A stretch of 63,195 bases of DNA, counting the filler, from Sphacelaria rigidula (lineage: Eukaryota): NCBI GenBank assembly GCA_964200075.2. It is 10 parts of 10 records of this genome, joined end to end, with 100 filler letters (N's around TTAATTAATTAA, not from the genome) between each part and the next. Parts side by side here need not be neighbours in the genome. Positions count along the whole stretch, not along the records: positions 31,652 to 37,880 come from CAXNAA020021363.1; positions 37,981 to 44,209 come from CAXNAA020021364.1; positions 44,310 to 50,538 come from CAXNAA020021365.1; 7 more parts are not named here. One strand, given 5' to 3'. The position numbers were made by a program, and so were the translations under genes. This document shows, one piece after another, positions 37,602 to 50,193 of this stretch; position 1 is the first letter of the stretch, and every line of letters starts with the position of its first letter. Below the pieces are notes generated by a model. The model ran no database searches. It had not been told where the DNA came from and saw only the letters and a program-made list of their open reading frames with translations.

Positions 37602-37880
37602 GGTCGCCCCGGTGACTCAGTTGGTAATCTCGTGACCTTCTGATGGTTGAGTTGTGGGGTTCGATTCCCGGAGCGATCTGGGATTTTTTCTTACACCATG
37701 CCCAACAGTGGAGAGCAACCATGTCGTGGGTACACAAAATTCGACGTAACGGCCGACGAGGGAAAGGGACTGCTGAACCCCTCTCGCGATAAAAATGAAG
37801 GCAAGCACCGCAGAAGAACGGTGGAGTACTAAAAACAAATAAAAAAGAAAACGCTCCTGTGTTGACCTTCCTCCTGTGTG
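37602..37880 (+). mobile_element. tRNA-derived SINE, family 1 (cut at contig end)
   Basis: A-box GGTGACTCAGTTGG and perfect B-box GGTTCGATTCC. Confidence 0.8.
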
Positions 37881-37982
37881 NNNNNNNNNNNNNNNNNNNN
37901 NNNNNNNNNNNNNNNNNNNNNNNNTTAATTAATTAANNNNNNNNNNNNNNNNNNNNNNNNNNNNNNNNNNNNNNNNNNNNCG

Positions 37983-38098
37983 GCCGCTGAACAATAATCC
38001 GTGTGCAATAAAATCCACGGCGATCTCCACAGATTATTGGGCAAACTGGCGGGGGTCGGCAAACACAGATTATTGTACACGAATTATTGTTCAGCGGC
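37983..38098. repeat. Short hairpin / MITE-like inverted repeat
   Basis: GCCGCTGAACAATAAT..GTG..CAATAA paired with TTATTGTACACGAATTATTGTTCAGCGGC. Confidence 0.6.
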
Positions 38099-39546
38099 TG
38101 CTCTCGAAACCTTGGAGCCGAGCGAATCTGAAAAATGGGTTAAGCTTCTCTGTGGGGTGATGCAAAGTGTCCAAGACGTGTGTTGACGATTTTCCCTGTT
38201 TGGGGGGGTCAAAAGATGGGTCAAATGTCCCAAAAGTGAACAATCCATGGGCCAGAAATCTGTTTGCCATAACATCCGGCCTTGTGCCTTGTTCATCTCT
38301 CCATAATATCAAATAAATATGAAAAAAATCCAACTCTCGAAATTGAGGTGATAATGGGGCTACAACCTACAGATCCGCTCGCAGGTTGACCCGCCTCGTT
38401 GTATAAATGAGATACAATGCAGTTTTTACAGGCATGGCAAAGTGGTCAGAGGAGCACAATTTGGCACCCGTGTACTTGTAGTGCGTGCCGAAGCATGGGT
38501 GTATACGTCCGAAAACTCAGAATATTAGAATACTGAAGGTTTTCCACCGTAAAATGCATGCAAGTGCCCAGCCTACCCAGCACACGTACGTAGCACAATA
38601 ATACCCGTTCACCACTAGAACCTGTGTTACCAGCCCAACGTACGTGGAAAATTGATTGGCTGCTTGATTGATTATCTCACATGTAGCTGATTAAAACAAT
38701 CCAGCCCGTGGTCAGGAGTAGCAAAAAAAGAGCAGAGCAAGAAAAAAGGAAAGGAACAGAAAAAGATGAAAACAACAGCCAACGAAAGGAAAGAAAAAGA
38801 AAGCAGCGACAAAAACAAGAACAACAGCAATAATGATACTAAAACAACGAAACACAAACACGAACACGAACAACACAACGCAATTATTACTGTATCTCGC
38901 ATTACGTATCTAACATTCGCTATCTAATATCTCGCTTGCTCAAACAAGATACGGAGGTTCTCAGTTCAAAACAGCTTCCCCAGACGTATTCAGGTATTCC
39001 GCAGGTTTAGAACAACTTTTCCAACGATTACAAGAGCACCAAATCGTCAAGAACACGGCATGAACACGGCATGTCCTCCTGTACTGTAGATCACATGTTT
39101 AGATCAAATATCTGTAAGATCAATAATTTGTTCCGTTCGTACGTGCGTGTGACATACTTGCAGACTGCAGACAGGTATCGGTCACTGCCATTGCGTGTTG
39201 CTGTTCGGGATGATGATAGACGAGGTTACTTGCTGACACGATAGACGCGATAAAAAAAATATAGTCACTACCAGCTGACCTTCGCAGTCAATCACTACTT
39301 CAGTAGTAAACTACTATGCGTGTCTGTAGAGCAAACATGTTCGTGCAAGAGATCATCCCCCGCATTCCCTACTCATAGCAGTTTCCGACCCCATTCAGGA
39401 GCGTGACAGCGTGACAGCGTGACAGCAGAAAAAGCGGCGCCAACGATCAGTCATGTTCTCACTGTCTGTTCATGAATAATTTTCATACGTTCATGATGTT
39501 TCATTTATTTACTTCTGCTGTGTTGACTTAATTGTAACCTACTCAC

Positions 39547-39690
39547 TTGTTCAGCCCATCCCGGCTGCGGGAAGGTCGTGGGATATGCGCTAGAGGCAAA
39601 CGCGAGCGGTTTGCCCGAGACATCGAACACACCTGCACGAATACTTTCGGTGCCTCCATCTATGCCTACCACGTAACATGAAGAATCCAT
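39547..39690 (-). CDS. First coding exon of an FGGY-family carbohydrate kinase
   Basis: MDSSCYVVGIDGGTESIRAGVFD...YPTTFPQPGWAEQ then a CAA|GTGAGT donor; classic FGGY_N phosphate-1 motif. Confidence 0.9.
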
Positions 39691-40315
39691 CTTGCACGGT
39701 AGAATCGTTGTTCTGCACTGTTGTCTGCACACACCCTTGTACCGTACAAGCTGTATGATCTTGAGATACTTTCAACATGATGATGTGTAACACCCCCGGT
39801 TGGAGGTAGTGGATTATCTCACAGCTTACTGTCTCGACAACGAACAGGCGTTCGATATTCAAACATCCTTTTAAAAATACCTTTTTTAACTGCGAAAGAT
39901 TGTGATATCGTCAGTTACCGGTATCAATGAGGAGACAAAGGCTTGAAAGACCCTCGTCTGGAGGTGGTGTTATACACAGTTGTGTCTCTTTTTGATCCAC
40001 TTTCACTGCGGGTACTTCCCACCGAGAATGGGACAGTGCGGACATATGAAAAATGGAGATGATGTGGTTCTGACGATATTTGTTGACAATTCGTCGTCTT
40101 GTGTGCAGAGGCGAAGGGGATACTGACTGTACTCCCCTGTAGCTCAGACCCTTGCTGACCTCGGACGCGTTACCTCTTCAAAACATCGTGGCCACGTTTA
40201 TCACACGCGGAAACATCCTCTTCGTGGGTATTTGTCACAGCACAACAGGGAGACAGTTCAGTCAGTATATCGGACAACAGTAGTTGGCACAGAGTTGAGC
40301 TGGAATCCTATCTAA

Positions 40316-41647
40316 ATGTCAGGGTGCATGAGTCACCACCTAGAGGTTGTCGATGCTTCAGCACCTGCTACCAGTTCTGCGTCTACCGATGTCTCCTCGT
40401 CAGCCGTACCGTCAGAGCGGAGAGAAGTTGCGATAGCTACAGCAGCAACGCCAGATATTGCGCTGCTGCAGGCCTCGCACAAGAGCGGCGGCGGTGTTGA
40501 CGCTGCATGTGAACGATACTGCTCATTAGACCCGTTGGATCATTACACTGCAAGTACCAACAACAACGCCCGCTCAACGTTGGAGGCACACGGAGGAGGA
40601 GGGGTGGCTAGAGATATGATCGTGTTCAAAGCGGATAATCAAGTGCAATTGCCCCGGCCGGCCGAAAAGGCGTACAGGCGTCGACGACGAAGATGCACGG
40701 CGGGCACCACCACAGCAGGACTGGTTTCAACCTCCATACTCCTGATCAACACCACTGGAAAAGCTTGCGCTTCAAATACCGCCGCCACTGCCGCCGTCCT
40801 CCAAGTGCTCCCACCGACGGCTGCAATAGTCACAACAGCGTCCTCTAACACTGCTACACAGCAGCAGCGACAGCGTACCGCACCCCGCAGGCAGCAACTC
40901 GCGTTCGTTCCAGCGGCAGGTATATTGGATGTCTCGTGGTGTCGATCATCAGCCGAGGCAAGCCTACATGGTATGCCTTCGGCGTCCGTCGCGCGGGCAA
41001 TCTCCCGACGCTGTGCCACGGTCATCTGCGGTAGCGGCAGCGACAGATCAGGAACGTTTGTCAGCGTGGCTCGACGGGCAACACGAGCAACAGGAACAGC
41101 ACGAGGCGGAGAGAGTCGAGGGAGGAGTCATGTTTCGCCAAGGCCGCACATGATATCAGCGGCGGCCGCGGCGGGTGCCACCGGGGACACGTTCTCACCT
41201 GGTCGGGATGACCAATGGAGCCTGCGCGGAGCGGGGCAGCCCCAAAAGCCTCCAGCAGGAGCAGGGGCTACCGCCGGTCCGGGTGCCAAGCCAAAGCGAC
41301 GCGTTGGCCGGCCCTCAAAAAAAGACATAGAGGAAAGAAGAAATGTTCTCAATAGCAACAACAGCGCGTCGGAGATGGCTTCGACTACGGTTGCGGCGGG
41401 GGAGGTTGAGTTGGGGGCACGTGGTGTTGCCAAGAAGGCTGCTGCGGGTGTCGATGGTTCTTCAGAAGATGCATCGACGGCGGAAGTTTTCTCCTTGGAT
41501 TCGGTTGCGTCGTCTGCTTGGACGCCGAAGCGGGAGGGGCAGGGGTCTTGGGACAAGTGGCAAGCGAAGGCGAAGGAGCTGGAGCCGCCGGTGTGGGAGA
41601 TGGACTTGGCACGAAGCTTGTCTGTTGGGGACGTCACCATGTCGCAG
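40316..41647 (+). CDS. Long first exon of an unknown protein, possibly organelle-targeted
   Basis: 460-codon ORF, GC-rich, Ala/Ser/Thr low-complexity, internal AFVP motif, donor CAG|GTGAAG; the true start codon is uncertain. Confidence 0.65.
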
Positions 41648-43554
41648 GTGAAGTGCTCGTCTGCTTCTTGCCCTGCTGTCTGTGGCATGTTGGACTAAAG
41701 CGCTAAAACAGGAACGTGGGAAAATATTAAATACTATGGACGGAGACCAAATACGGCACGTAGAAGCAAGATACGGGTATCATGAGACGTGTTGTGACCG
41801 TCGAGTCTTCCTGGTGGCTTTTTTGTGCATCTTCGTTGCCGAGTTTGGTGTCGGAAGAGGATAAATACAGGGGGTGTTGAGGTTTGTACATCGCCCGATT
41901 GCTCGCACTCTAGTGCTTTTGTGCAGCGGGAAATGAAAGATTTGGCTCCGGGGTAGGTTGGGGGGGGGTGAAGGAGGCAGTCAGACAGGCAAAATTGAGA
42001 CCGAATTTAAGTAGTCTCGAAATGTCCCGCCGGATCCCAGGCTGTCAAGTGAACACCAAAGGCTCAGCATGACGATAATCGAATAGCCTTAGGTATCTCG
42101 ATGTCAGCCCAACACATTGATGATTTTCGCTGGAGCATTCTCGCAGACGTGATGATATGGCAAGAGAGCTCCTCAGGGAGAGTTTTACTCGTGCTTCCGG
42201 GAATAAAATCCTTGAAATTTTGGGGTGCGGGTTAAATGGATGCTGGGGTCGTTCTTGAGGGATATGCCATGACGGAACGGTGCACAGCACATACCCCAAA
42301 TGGTCAAGATCGCCTGTGAGAGGGATGGGGATTGGGGTATGTTATACTCCAAGTATATCGCAAGCACGCTCTTCGAAGGTGTTGGTTCGAGAAGAAACAC
42401 TCATTGGGGATGCGGATAGAAATACAGTGTCTCGGATATGTTCCTCTGTTTTGACTCAGTTTTTACCGTTCACCCTTGTGTCGTTTGTTGGTCACTGACT
42501 GGATATGTTCCGTTTCGAATGGTCTGACTTAGTTCATGTCATCTTGTGCGGCACCGTCAGCGAACGTATGTGTGCACTGCACAGTCAGTCCGTGCGTTTC
42601 TGTAGAGTGTGCAGTGCATGGACCGTCAATGTTCAGTGCTCACTACTCTTCGACTGTTAACGACTTGGATACAAATTCACTCCCAGCTAATCAAGCACAC
42701 CTGCCTACAGCCGAGGCCCTCGCGCTGCGTTTTCATTCTGAACTCCAGCAGTCGTTTCTCGAGCATTCTTCACATGATGCCGTGACTTTGATGCTGGATT
42801 TTTTTTTTTCGGGGGCTCGATCACATAGGATCATGAAAATAAGCCCATTCACTGATACCACTAACTACGCTGCAGTCAGTAAGATAGCAGTGGAACTCGA
42901 AACGATGTAACCTGCAGTACACCGTTATGGCATTGGCGAGGTGTGCTGGGTTGCATCGCCCCCTCCCCGAAATACACGACTTCGAAAGCATACGGTGGAG
43001 AATGTGCTGTCTGCGTATATCGAAACGGAAGTGGAGAGCTGGAGTGTTTCACTTACTGAGGTTACACCCGACGAAAATCGTCTACCGTACAGTGTACCGA
43101 ACAAATGTTCACTCGATCATCTTACGAACAAGACAGGGGTACGTGACGGGACGGGTTCTGACTGTCTGTACATCGTGCGCTGCCGCTGTACATGAAGAAT
43201 CGAGACCGTATGCTGCGTGTACGTCTGCGAGGTTCTACCCTGGAGAGTCTTGCAAGGCAAAACATGTAGATGAATTAACATATATGTAGTGTATTTATTT
43301 CGTTGATTGTTTGTCTTGTGATTTCTTCGTTTCTGCTCGGGAGCATGGAAGAAAACAGAAACACTCAGCTTGAGTTGGGCTGAGTGGCGACTTTTTCTAC
43401 CCAAAGCCGACGTACTTTCGAAGGTACAAAAGTAGCACTCTTCCTTTGGCGTGTCGCGAGAACTCTGTTCTCATGGCTTACTTGTTGGGGGTGTTTTGCG
43501 ATGATTTGATGTGAGAGATTCAGGTCGCGGGGTAGTGGGGAAGGGAGTTGCGCG

Positions 43555-43670
43555 CGAGATATTATAGGAGACGAGCACAGGCGCACTGCACTTCAACATA
43601 AATAATCCGCTCCGAGATACTGTAGGAGACGAGCACAGGTGCGCCGCACTTCAACATGAACAATCCGCAC
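43555..43670 (+). repeat. Tandem duplication of ~59 bp
   Basis: CGAGATA.T.TAGGAGACGAGCACAGG.GC.C.GCACTTCAACAT.AA.AATCCGC occurs twice. Confidence 0.8.
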
Positions 43671-44109
43671 CTTTGGAGGTTGTGACCACAGCAGCGGTTA
43701 CTGTCCGCGATGACGAATTTCCGTGGCACTTGATAATGACTATTCAGGGCGAGAAGTAGGAGACGGCTATTTGGCGCAGCTGACGATCGCCAAGACGTGT
43801 AGGATGTGTGCTGCATGGATTCACTGTCTATGCCCCGTACTCCGTATACTGTGCTGTGTTGTGCATTTATCCATGTGAGAGCTGCGGCCACAGTTCTGTA
43901 GCGCAGATTATACTCGTGGTGCAGTATGTCCATGTCGTGCATGATTCCTGTTCCCTGATTATCCACCGCCCCGCAACGTAAAACCTCAATTCGGACGTCG
44001 ACAATTGCCATCGAGCACCCCCTCCCCCCCCTCCCCCACATGTACCGAGTTTTATGTAGTGTATAAAAGACACGAAAAATCGCCCAAATGCTCGAAGTAA
44101 CTCAATCAG

Positions 44110-44209
44110 GTGAAGGAACCGCGCTCCGTCTCGAAAGAAATGCGTGGTGAAATGGTCAAACCATTAAGGCAAGCAACAAATGAGTACCCCCCCCCCCCCC
44201 CCCCCCCCC
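44110..44209 (+). mobile_element. 5'-truncated LINE 3' tail ending in poly(C)
   Basis: Matches the 3' end of the LINE at 23460-23560; AAGGCAAGCAACAAATGAGTAC(C)n; similar copies at ~17850, 29000, 37000, 44560, 46800 and 50640. Confidence 0.75.
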
Positions 44210-45345
44210 NNNNNNNNNNNNNNNNNNNNNNNNNNNNNNNNNNNNNNNNNNNNTTAATTAATTAANNNNNNNNNNNNNNNNNNNNNNNNNNNNNNNNNNN
44301 NNNNNNNNNTTTTTTTTTGAGGGCGGAAGACGGTATACGAGTTGTAGCCGTGACGGGGGTTGCGCGGTGTGGTGTTGGGTGGGGGGGGGGTACCTCCAAC
44401 TCGAGCGATTGGCTATATACCCCACGTTCAGCCAGCCCTAGCAAGTTGACAGATAAACCAACGACACTAACAAACCACGCTATGCCATAGGTATCCGAGG
44501 GCCACGTCATAAAACACGAGAAGAAAATGTATACCTCCCCCCCCCCCCCCCCCTTTTGCTCCGTCTCGAAAAGGATGCGCGGCCAACGGTCAAACCACTG
44601 AGGCAAGCAACAAATGAGTACCCCTCCCCCAAACAAAAAGCCTGTCACCACCCCCGTGCGTTATTCCAGCTAGAAAATGGTTTTCAAAGCCACGAGAAGC
44701 CAAAACAACGACTGTGAGTACGCCGCTAATAACCAACCACGAAAAATACGTCCATGTTTGTCTCATAAGGCGGGGAGGACACACCTACACGACAACTTTG
44801 CACAATAAAGCGAACACCCTAAACGAATATCCACTATTTGATATATATGTACTGACAGCTCATACGACAAATATATTCGAGGCGGGGCAGTCGTTCCAAT
44901 CAGCAAGCTAGATTTGATTCCGGTCACGGCAACAGGTAGTGGCGCGACGAAAAAGCCATGCCCGCATCGCTGGACACGGAGCTTAACAAAGAAGCGCTAC
45001 ATATAATGAGAGCTCCGGCCAGGGAATAAAACGCGAAAACCAAAATAAGCAGCTCAACACTCCAACACTCCAACATGGTTTCAACGCAACAAACATTGCC
45101 CGTCCCTTGTTTCAATAACAACCAACACACCGACATGAAGAGGAAAACTGCATGTGTTATTTCAACTTTTTGAAATTCCAATAAATTCTTCGAAGCTTTG
45201 CGATATGAAAACTGTACAACAAGGGAAACATCTCAATACTCATGACAACGTGGAAGGGGGGACGGGGGGGCAGGGAGACAAGGACAACTCTACTGTAGAC
45301 CATCGCCCCAAATACGAACATGAACAAAAAAAACAGAAATCTTTC

Positions 45346-45984
45346 TTAGACCTGGCGGAGTTGACCTCCCCGATCACCAACGTTGCAAGCAACAGACCTT
45401 CGACCACTTCCCCCCCCCCCTCCTGTCCCGACCACTGCAGAAGTACCGCTACTGCTGGCACTACTACTGCGCCGACTGAGGAGAACATCATCGTCCCCGG
45501 CAGCCGCCACCGTCGTCATCTTTCTCGCCTCCTTCGCCTCTCGAACGCAGCGATCCAGCTCGTGGTTCGTGAAGCCCACGTGCACATCATCATTCCCACC
45601 AACACTACCGTCGCCATTAAGTCCCACCGCGTTTTCCCTGACCGACAGCGCTTTCAGCAGCAGCTTTTTCGCTTCCATGGGCCGGCCGGTTTCACGCACG
45701 CACACCCCGAGCTCTTGGAGGGCAAGCGCCACGCGCGAATGATTTTCGCCTAGATTCGCCTCTCGTATGGAGAGCGCCCTCCGGAAGAGAACCTCCGCTT
45801 CGGCCGGGCGGCCAGCCAAGAATAGACACCTCGCGAGATCCTGAACGGTCACCTCTGTCAGAGTGTCGCGGCTTCCCAGTTTCGCTTCTCGGATAGCTAA
45901 GGCCCTCCTGAAGTGCAACTCAGCCTCGTCCTGTTCACCGCCACGCAGCAGACACACCCCGAGCTTGTGAAGCGTGAACGCCAC
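45346..45984 (-). CDS. Probable last exon of a 42-aa TPR repeat protein (NB-ARC-TPR / kinesin light chain-type repeats)
   Basis: ACAG|VAFTLHKLGVCL...HFRRALAIREAKLG repeats followed by a low-complexity tail and stop. Confidence 0.85.
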   Translation of the reverse strand: MAFTLHKLGVCLLRGGEQDEAELHFRRALAIREAKLGSRDTLTEVTVQDLARCLFLAGRPAEAEVLFRRALSIREANLGENHSRVALALQELGVCVRETGRPMEAKKLLLKALSVRENAVGLNGDGSVGGNDDVHVGFTNHELDRCVREAKEARKMTTVAAAGDDDVLLSRRSSSASSSGTSAVVGTGGGGGSGRRSVACNVGDRGGQLRQV

Positions 45985-46926
45985 CTGTTTTTTTTAACCA
46001 AGAGTAGAGGACGTAAAATGGGTGAAGTTGTGTGGACGAGGTAGGTCATCAAAATCCATCCGCGCGCACATCCCAGGTTCAGCTCGCACATATCACTAGA
46101 GGCGAGGGTGGGGGGGGGCGGGGGGTCCTTTATGGGAATGGGGGGCGGCATGTTGGGAAAACAGTAAGCAAGGATATCGTACATGTATACGCATCTTGCT
46201 GAAATCAGCAACAGCACGGGAGTTACCGCAGAGACATACGTCTGGAGCGACAATCACTCGGTCCGGCAAACACCGTCCACTCAGTAACAGCACGCGACCC
46301 CCAGTTTTGACCACATGAGACGAAACAAATGTGACCCCAACAGAGCCAGCGATGCGTGTCATCAAACAATGCTGTGATGAGCCGTAGCAACAAAGCATTG
46401 AGTTAGTTCCCAAAAGAGTATACACTTGTAAAGACAGGGCAACACAAGCACACCCGGTTGGAGCAACGGATCGAAGCTGTGTCCTATCGGACTCGCTCGT
46501 AGCTGAAATATCGCGCGGCTGACGCTGCAACCGCATAACACACATCGCAGCGACTACACCGACGGCACGCCGCACGAAACACGTAGCACACGACCACGCC
46601 TCGTCATTGCACACACCCATGCTCAACAGTCAGATGAAGTATTCTCGACCCGTGAGAACCCTATCTTCTCGTGTGAGCTCCTGCGACGCCGGCTACTGGC
46701 CGCCGCTGTCGCTTGTGTCCCTAAAAACTATGGTTTTGGTTAAAAGTCAAAACCTGCGCCCTCCGAGGATAATATAATGTAGTGAGCGCCAGAATGTTGG
46801 AGGTCTCTATTAGGAGTAGGAACGGTGCTCCGTCTCCAAAGGGATGCGTGGTCAATGGTCACACGACTAGGGCAAGCAACAAATAAGTACGCCCCCCCCC
46901 GCCCGCCTCTGAGAATACATAGCTAC

Positions 46927-47397
46927 CTGTAGGTCGTCGGGTCCTACTTTCGCCTCCCGCGTCGCGAGGGCTCGCCGGAAGTACTCCGCGCCGTCCAGGG
47001 CTTGCCCTGCTTCCGTCAGACAGACCCCGACCTGGTGCAGCGTGTTGTCCACCTGTGGGTCCTCCTTCCCGAGCTTGCTTTCCCGGATCGACAAGGCTCG
47101 CCGCAGATACTCCGCGCCCTGTGCCGGTTGCCCAGCCATCCAAACGCACACCCCTAGCTCGTGAAGCATGGGCGCCACCCGTCGTACAGCGTCGCCGCTG
47201 GGGCCGAGGGAGGCCTCCGTGATAGCCAGGGCCCTGCGGAAGAGCGGTTCGCCTTCACGGGGGCGGCCGGACTCGGATACGCAACGCGCCAGCATCTGGA
47301 GACTGTTCGCAACCTGCACGTGCTCGAGTCCCAGCTTCGTCTCTCTGATCGCCAGAGCGCGCCGCAAAAAGAGTTCGCCTTCCGTGCGACTTCCAGC
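46927..47397 (-). CDS. TPR protein internal exon
   Basis: CAG|AGSRTEGELFLRRALAIRETKLG...VGPDDLQ|GTAGCT; 471 bp, phase 0. Confidence 0.88.
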
Positions 47398-48069
47398 CTG
47401 TTGGAATCGAGGGAGTTTTCCATCCGATTGCAGCAACAACGCACGCAAGGCGTGGCAGGCATGAGACGGCAGGCGACAAGGGGGGACAAGGGGGATTTTT
47501 CTCGCACAAACTCTACAGTAAATTCACCGAGCCCTCCTTCGCCGGAATGTGACTTAATCCCTGATTTGTTCAGCTACTTTCCGTCTTCATGACTATCATC
47601 CTGTGTAGGAGGGAGGAATGGGGGGCGCGCGGGGGGGGGGGGTATACTCATGATCTCTCATGCCGTAGTCATATGACCATTGACCTCGCATCCCTCCAAA
47701 GTCGGGACGGAGCACGCCGGGTTTTTGCCGGACCAGGCTTGCAATCAATAACCAAGGGAAAAACAGAAGAGAAAAGGAAAGGGCGGGGAGACTGTTTTAC
47801 ATTTTCCACCAACGAATCATTTCAAGGTTAGGTTCGACAACTTCCGCGGTACACGCAGCAGCGTTGCCGACCAAAAGCCTTGCTCGGCTCGAGCACACAG
47901 CAAAGCACCACAACTGCTTCTTCCGTGTTGACGGGAACCATTTTTCGCCTTAACTGTACTGGAGGGTAAATATTCAAATGCTGCCAACACAACAAACATA
48001 CCGTACGGCACGAAGCTAATCAACAGCTGGCTCCATGCAATATATTTATACGGTTCAAGATTGTCTCAC

Positions 48070-48864
48070 CTCCAGCACGCATCGACCAAGCTCCTGGAGC
48101 GTGTCGGCCACCAACAAGTCGTTCGGGTCGAGCTTCTTCTCCCTAATCGCTAGAGCCCGCTCGAGGAAATCCTGAGCGCTCTCCTGGAGCCAAGCGCACA
48201 CTCCCAACTCGTGCAACGTAGATGCCACCGGCAGACTGTCGGCGCCCGCCTGCTCCTCTCGGATAAACAAAGCCTGAAGCAAAAGCTCCTCGGCTTCGAC
48301 AGGCCGCCCAGCGTCCGCAATACACCGGCCTAGCTCGTGCAACGAAAACGCCACCCTCATGTCATTCTCGGGGAGCCTCGTCTCGTGAATCTCGAGAGCC
48401 CTCCAGAACAACTCTTCCGCCTCCGCCAGTCGTCCCAGCTCGCCGATGCACACCCCTAGCTCGTTCAGCATGAAAGCCACCAGAAGATCATCGGGGCCGA
48501 GATTGGACTCCGTGACCTCCAGGGCCTCTCGCAGCAGCGCCTCCGCTTCTGCCTCCCGCCCTCCTCCCGCCTTCCGGACGCACCGCCCGAGCTCATGCAA
48601 AGTAAACGCGATCTGTAGGCTGTCCGGTACAAGTTTTTCTTTCTTGATTGCCAGCGCGCGGGTCAACAATTCTTCACCCTCGCTCAGGCGCCCCAAGTCA
48701 CGCACGCACCGGCCTAGGTCGTGCAGCGTGAATCCGACCTCAAGGACGTCGGCGCCAAGCGTTGCTTCCCTAGACGCTAGAGCGCGTCGGAGCGCCACCT
48801 CTGCTTCTTCGAGTCGGCCCACTCGTCGCAGGCACAGTCCCAGCTCCGTCAAGGTGATGATCAC
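48070..48864 (-). CDS. TPR protein internal exon
   Basis: CAG|VIITLTELGLCL...ELGRCVLE|GTGAGA; 795 bp, phase 0, about six repeats. Confidence 0.9.
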
Positions 48865-48944
48865 CTGGGTTTTTTTCGGGGGGGGGGATGGGGTACGAAA
48901 AACGAGCACATATGGTATTTCGTTGGGTTTTGCGCAAGAGGCGC

Positions 48945-49452
48945 AATCTATTACCGACTAAAATCACCAAAAATCTGCGATTCCTGAGGCCTGATTACCA
49001 CAACTCGAAAGAGGGGAAGAAAGAAAAAAAAATGCGGCGTCAAAAATGTCTACGCATTTTTTGCGCGCTATTTCCGCGTGCCTCGGGTGCACAGACGTAC
49101 GTGAGGTACAACGCTGAAAACAAAGCCCAAGGATTGATTGTCGCGTAGGGTACGAATCGATTGCGCTAAAAACAGTCATTTTCAGACGAATCATTCACGG
49201 TTAGGACGAATCATCACGACTAAGAATCACCAAATTCACGATTTCTTCGGCCTCATTGCCCAAAATGGAGAAAAAAGTTGACCGCTGGTCCAAGGGGCAT
49301 CCACGCAACTTTTGCGCGATTCCACGTGTCTGGGCTGCATGTACCTGGGTTGCGACGCTGAAAACAAAGCTTAGGGATTGATTCGTACGAGTCGAATCAA
49401 CTATACTAGAACGAAATAATCTCCAGACGAGTCATTATTTGTCCGACCCTTG
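48945..49452. repeat. Intronic element with two ~260-bp direct units, ending GTCCGACCCT
   Basis: CGCTGAAAACAAAGC...GGATTGATT..GTACGA repeated; a third partial copy at 50290-50425 has the same terminus. Confidence 0.55.
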
Positions 49453-49588
49453 GAATCATTGTTCATCCGACGGTCGGTTGTGTTTTGAAGAGAGAAGGGG
49501 AGCGGGGGGCGGGCGGTCAAGAATATCGTCGATCGGCTGGCCGTCTTTTCCCCCGCAGACACTAAAATAAAGAAAAACAAGCACGCAC

Positions 49589-49840
49589 CTGCTTGTGGTC
49601 CTCTCCAAGGGCAGCCTGTTTGATGTCGAGTGCTCGTCGGATCAATGCCTCAGCCTCCCCGGGCCTTTGCTCCTCCCTGACACAGCGCGCCAGCTCCTGA
49701 AGAGTGAAGGCCACCTGCAAATTGTCCGGGCCCAGCTGGGCTTCTTTGATTGTCAACGCTCGTCGGAAAAGCATCTCCGCCTCTCCCCGCCGCCCTGCTT
49801 TGCCGACGCATCTGCCCAGCTCGTACAACGTGTACGCGAC
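49589..49840 (-). CDS. TPR protein internal exon (exactly two 42-aa units)
   Basis: CAG|VAYTLYELGRCV...ALGEDHKQ|GTGCGT; 252 bp, phase 0. Confidence 0.9.
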
Positions 49841-50094
49841 CTGCACGAGTCACGGTACCGACCGTGCAACGACCGATCGGGGTTTCATTCAAGGGTCAAA
49901 TCAGGGTGACGTACAATAAATACTCGGAGCTGGTCCAGCCTAGAAATGAATATAAGCTCGCAAGGCGATATCTCATCGACGCAGACGAGTTGGTCCGTGA
50001 TCCACATACCATACTGCATCAATTGTCGAACAAAGGGAATGCTGATGCCCATTATCTGCTCAAACGCGTGGTCCATTTCTTTCTCGTTGATTGA

Positions 50095-50193
50095 CCCTTA
50101 GACCGCGAGGGTAGGTTACCTGCTGGATCGGCATCAGTTTTCACTCGAAAAAAGTATGCATGATCCAGAAAGACTAATCTCGCGGTCTAAGGG
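50095..50193. mobile_element. piggyBac-like ~100-bp MITE
   Basis: TTGA|CCCTTAGACCGCGAG...CTCGCGGTCTAAGGG|TTAA; perfect 15-bp TIR. Confidence 0.75.

Noticed and set aside
37602..37680. Functional tRNA gene
   Set aside because: A/B boxes are present, but no clean cloverleaf was seen and it is fused to a repeated SINE body
30508..39690. FGGY kinase and tocopherol methyltransferase fusion or cluster
   Set aside because: Separated by two artificial linkers, so they are on different contigs
48446..48961. Plus-strand ORFs over the TPR, LINE and copia regions
   Set aside because: Antisense shadows of GC-rich coding sequence
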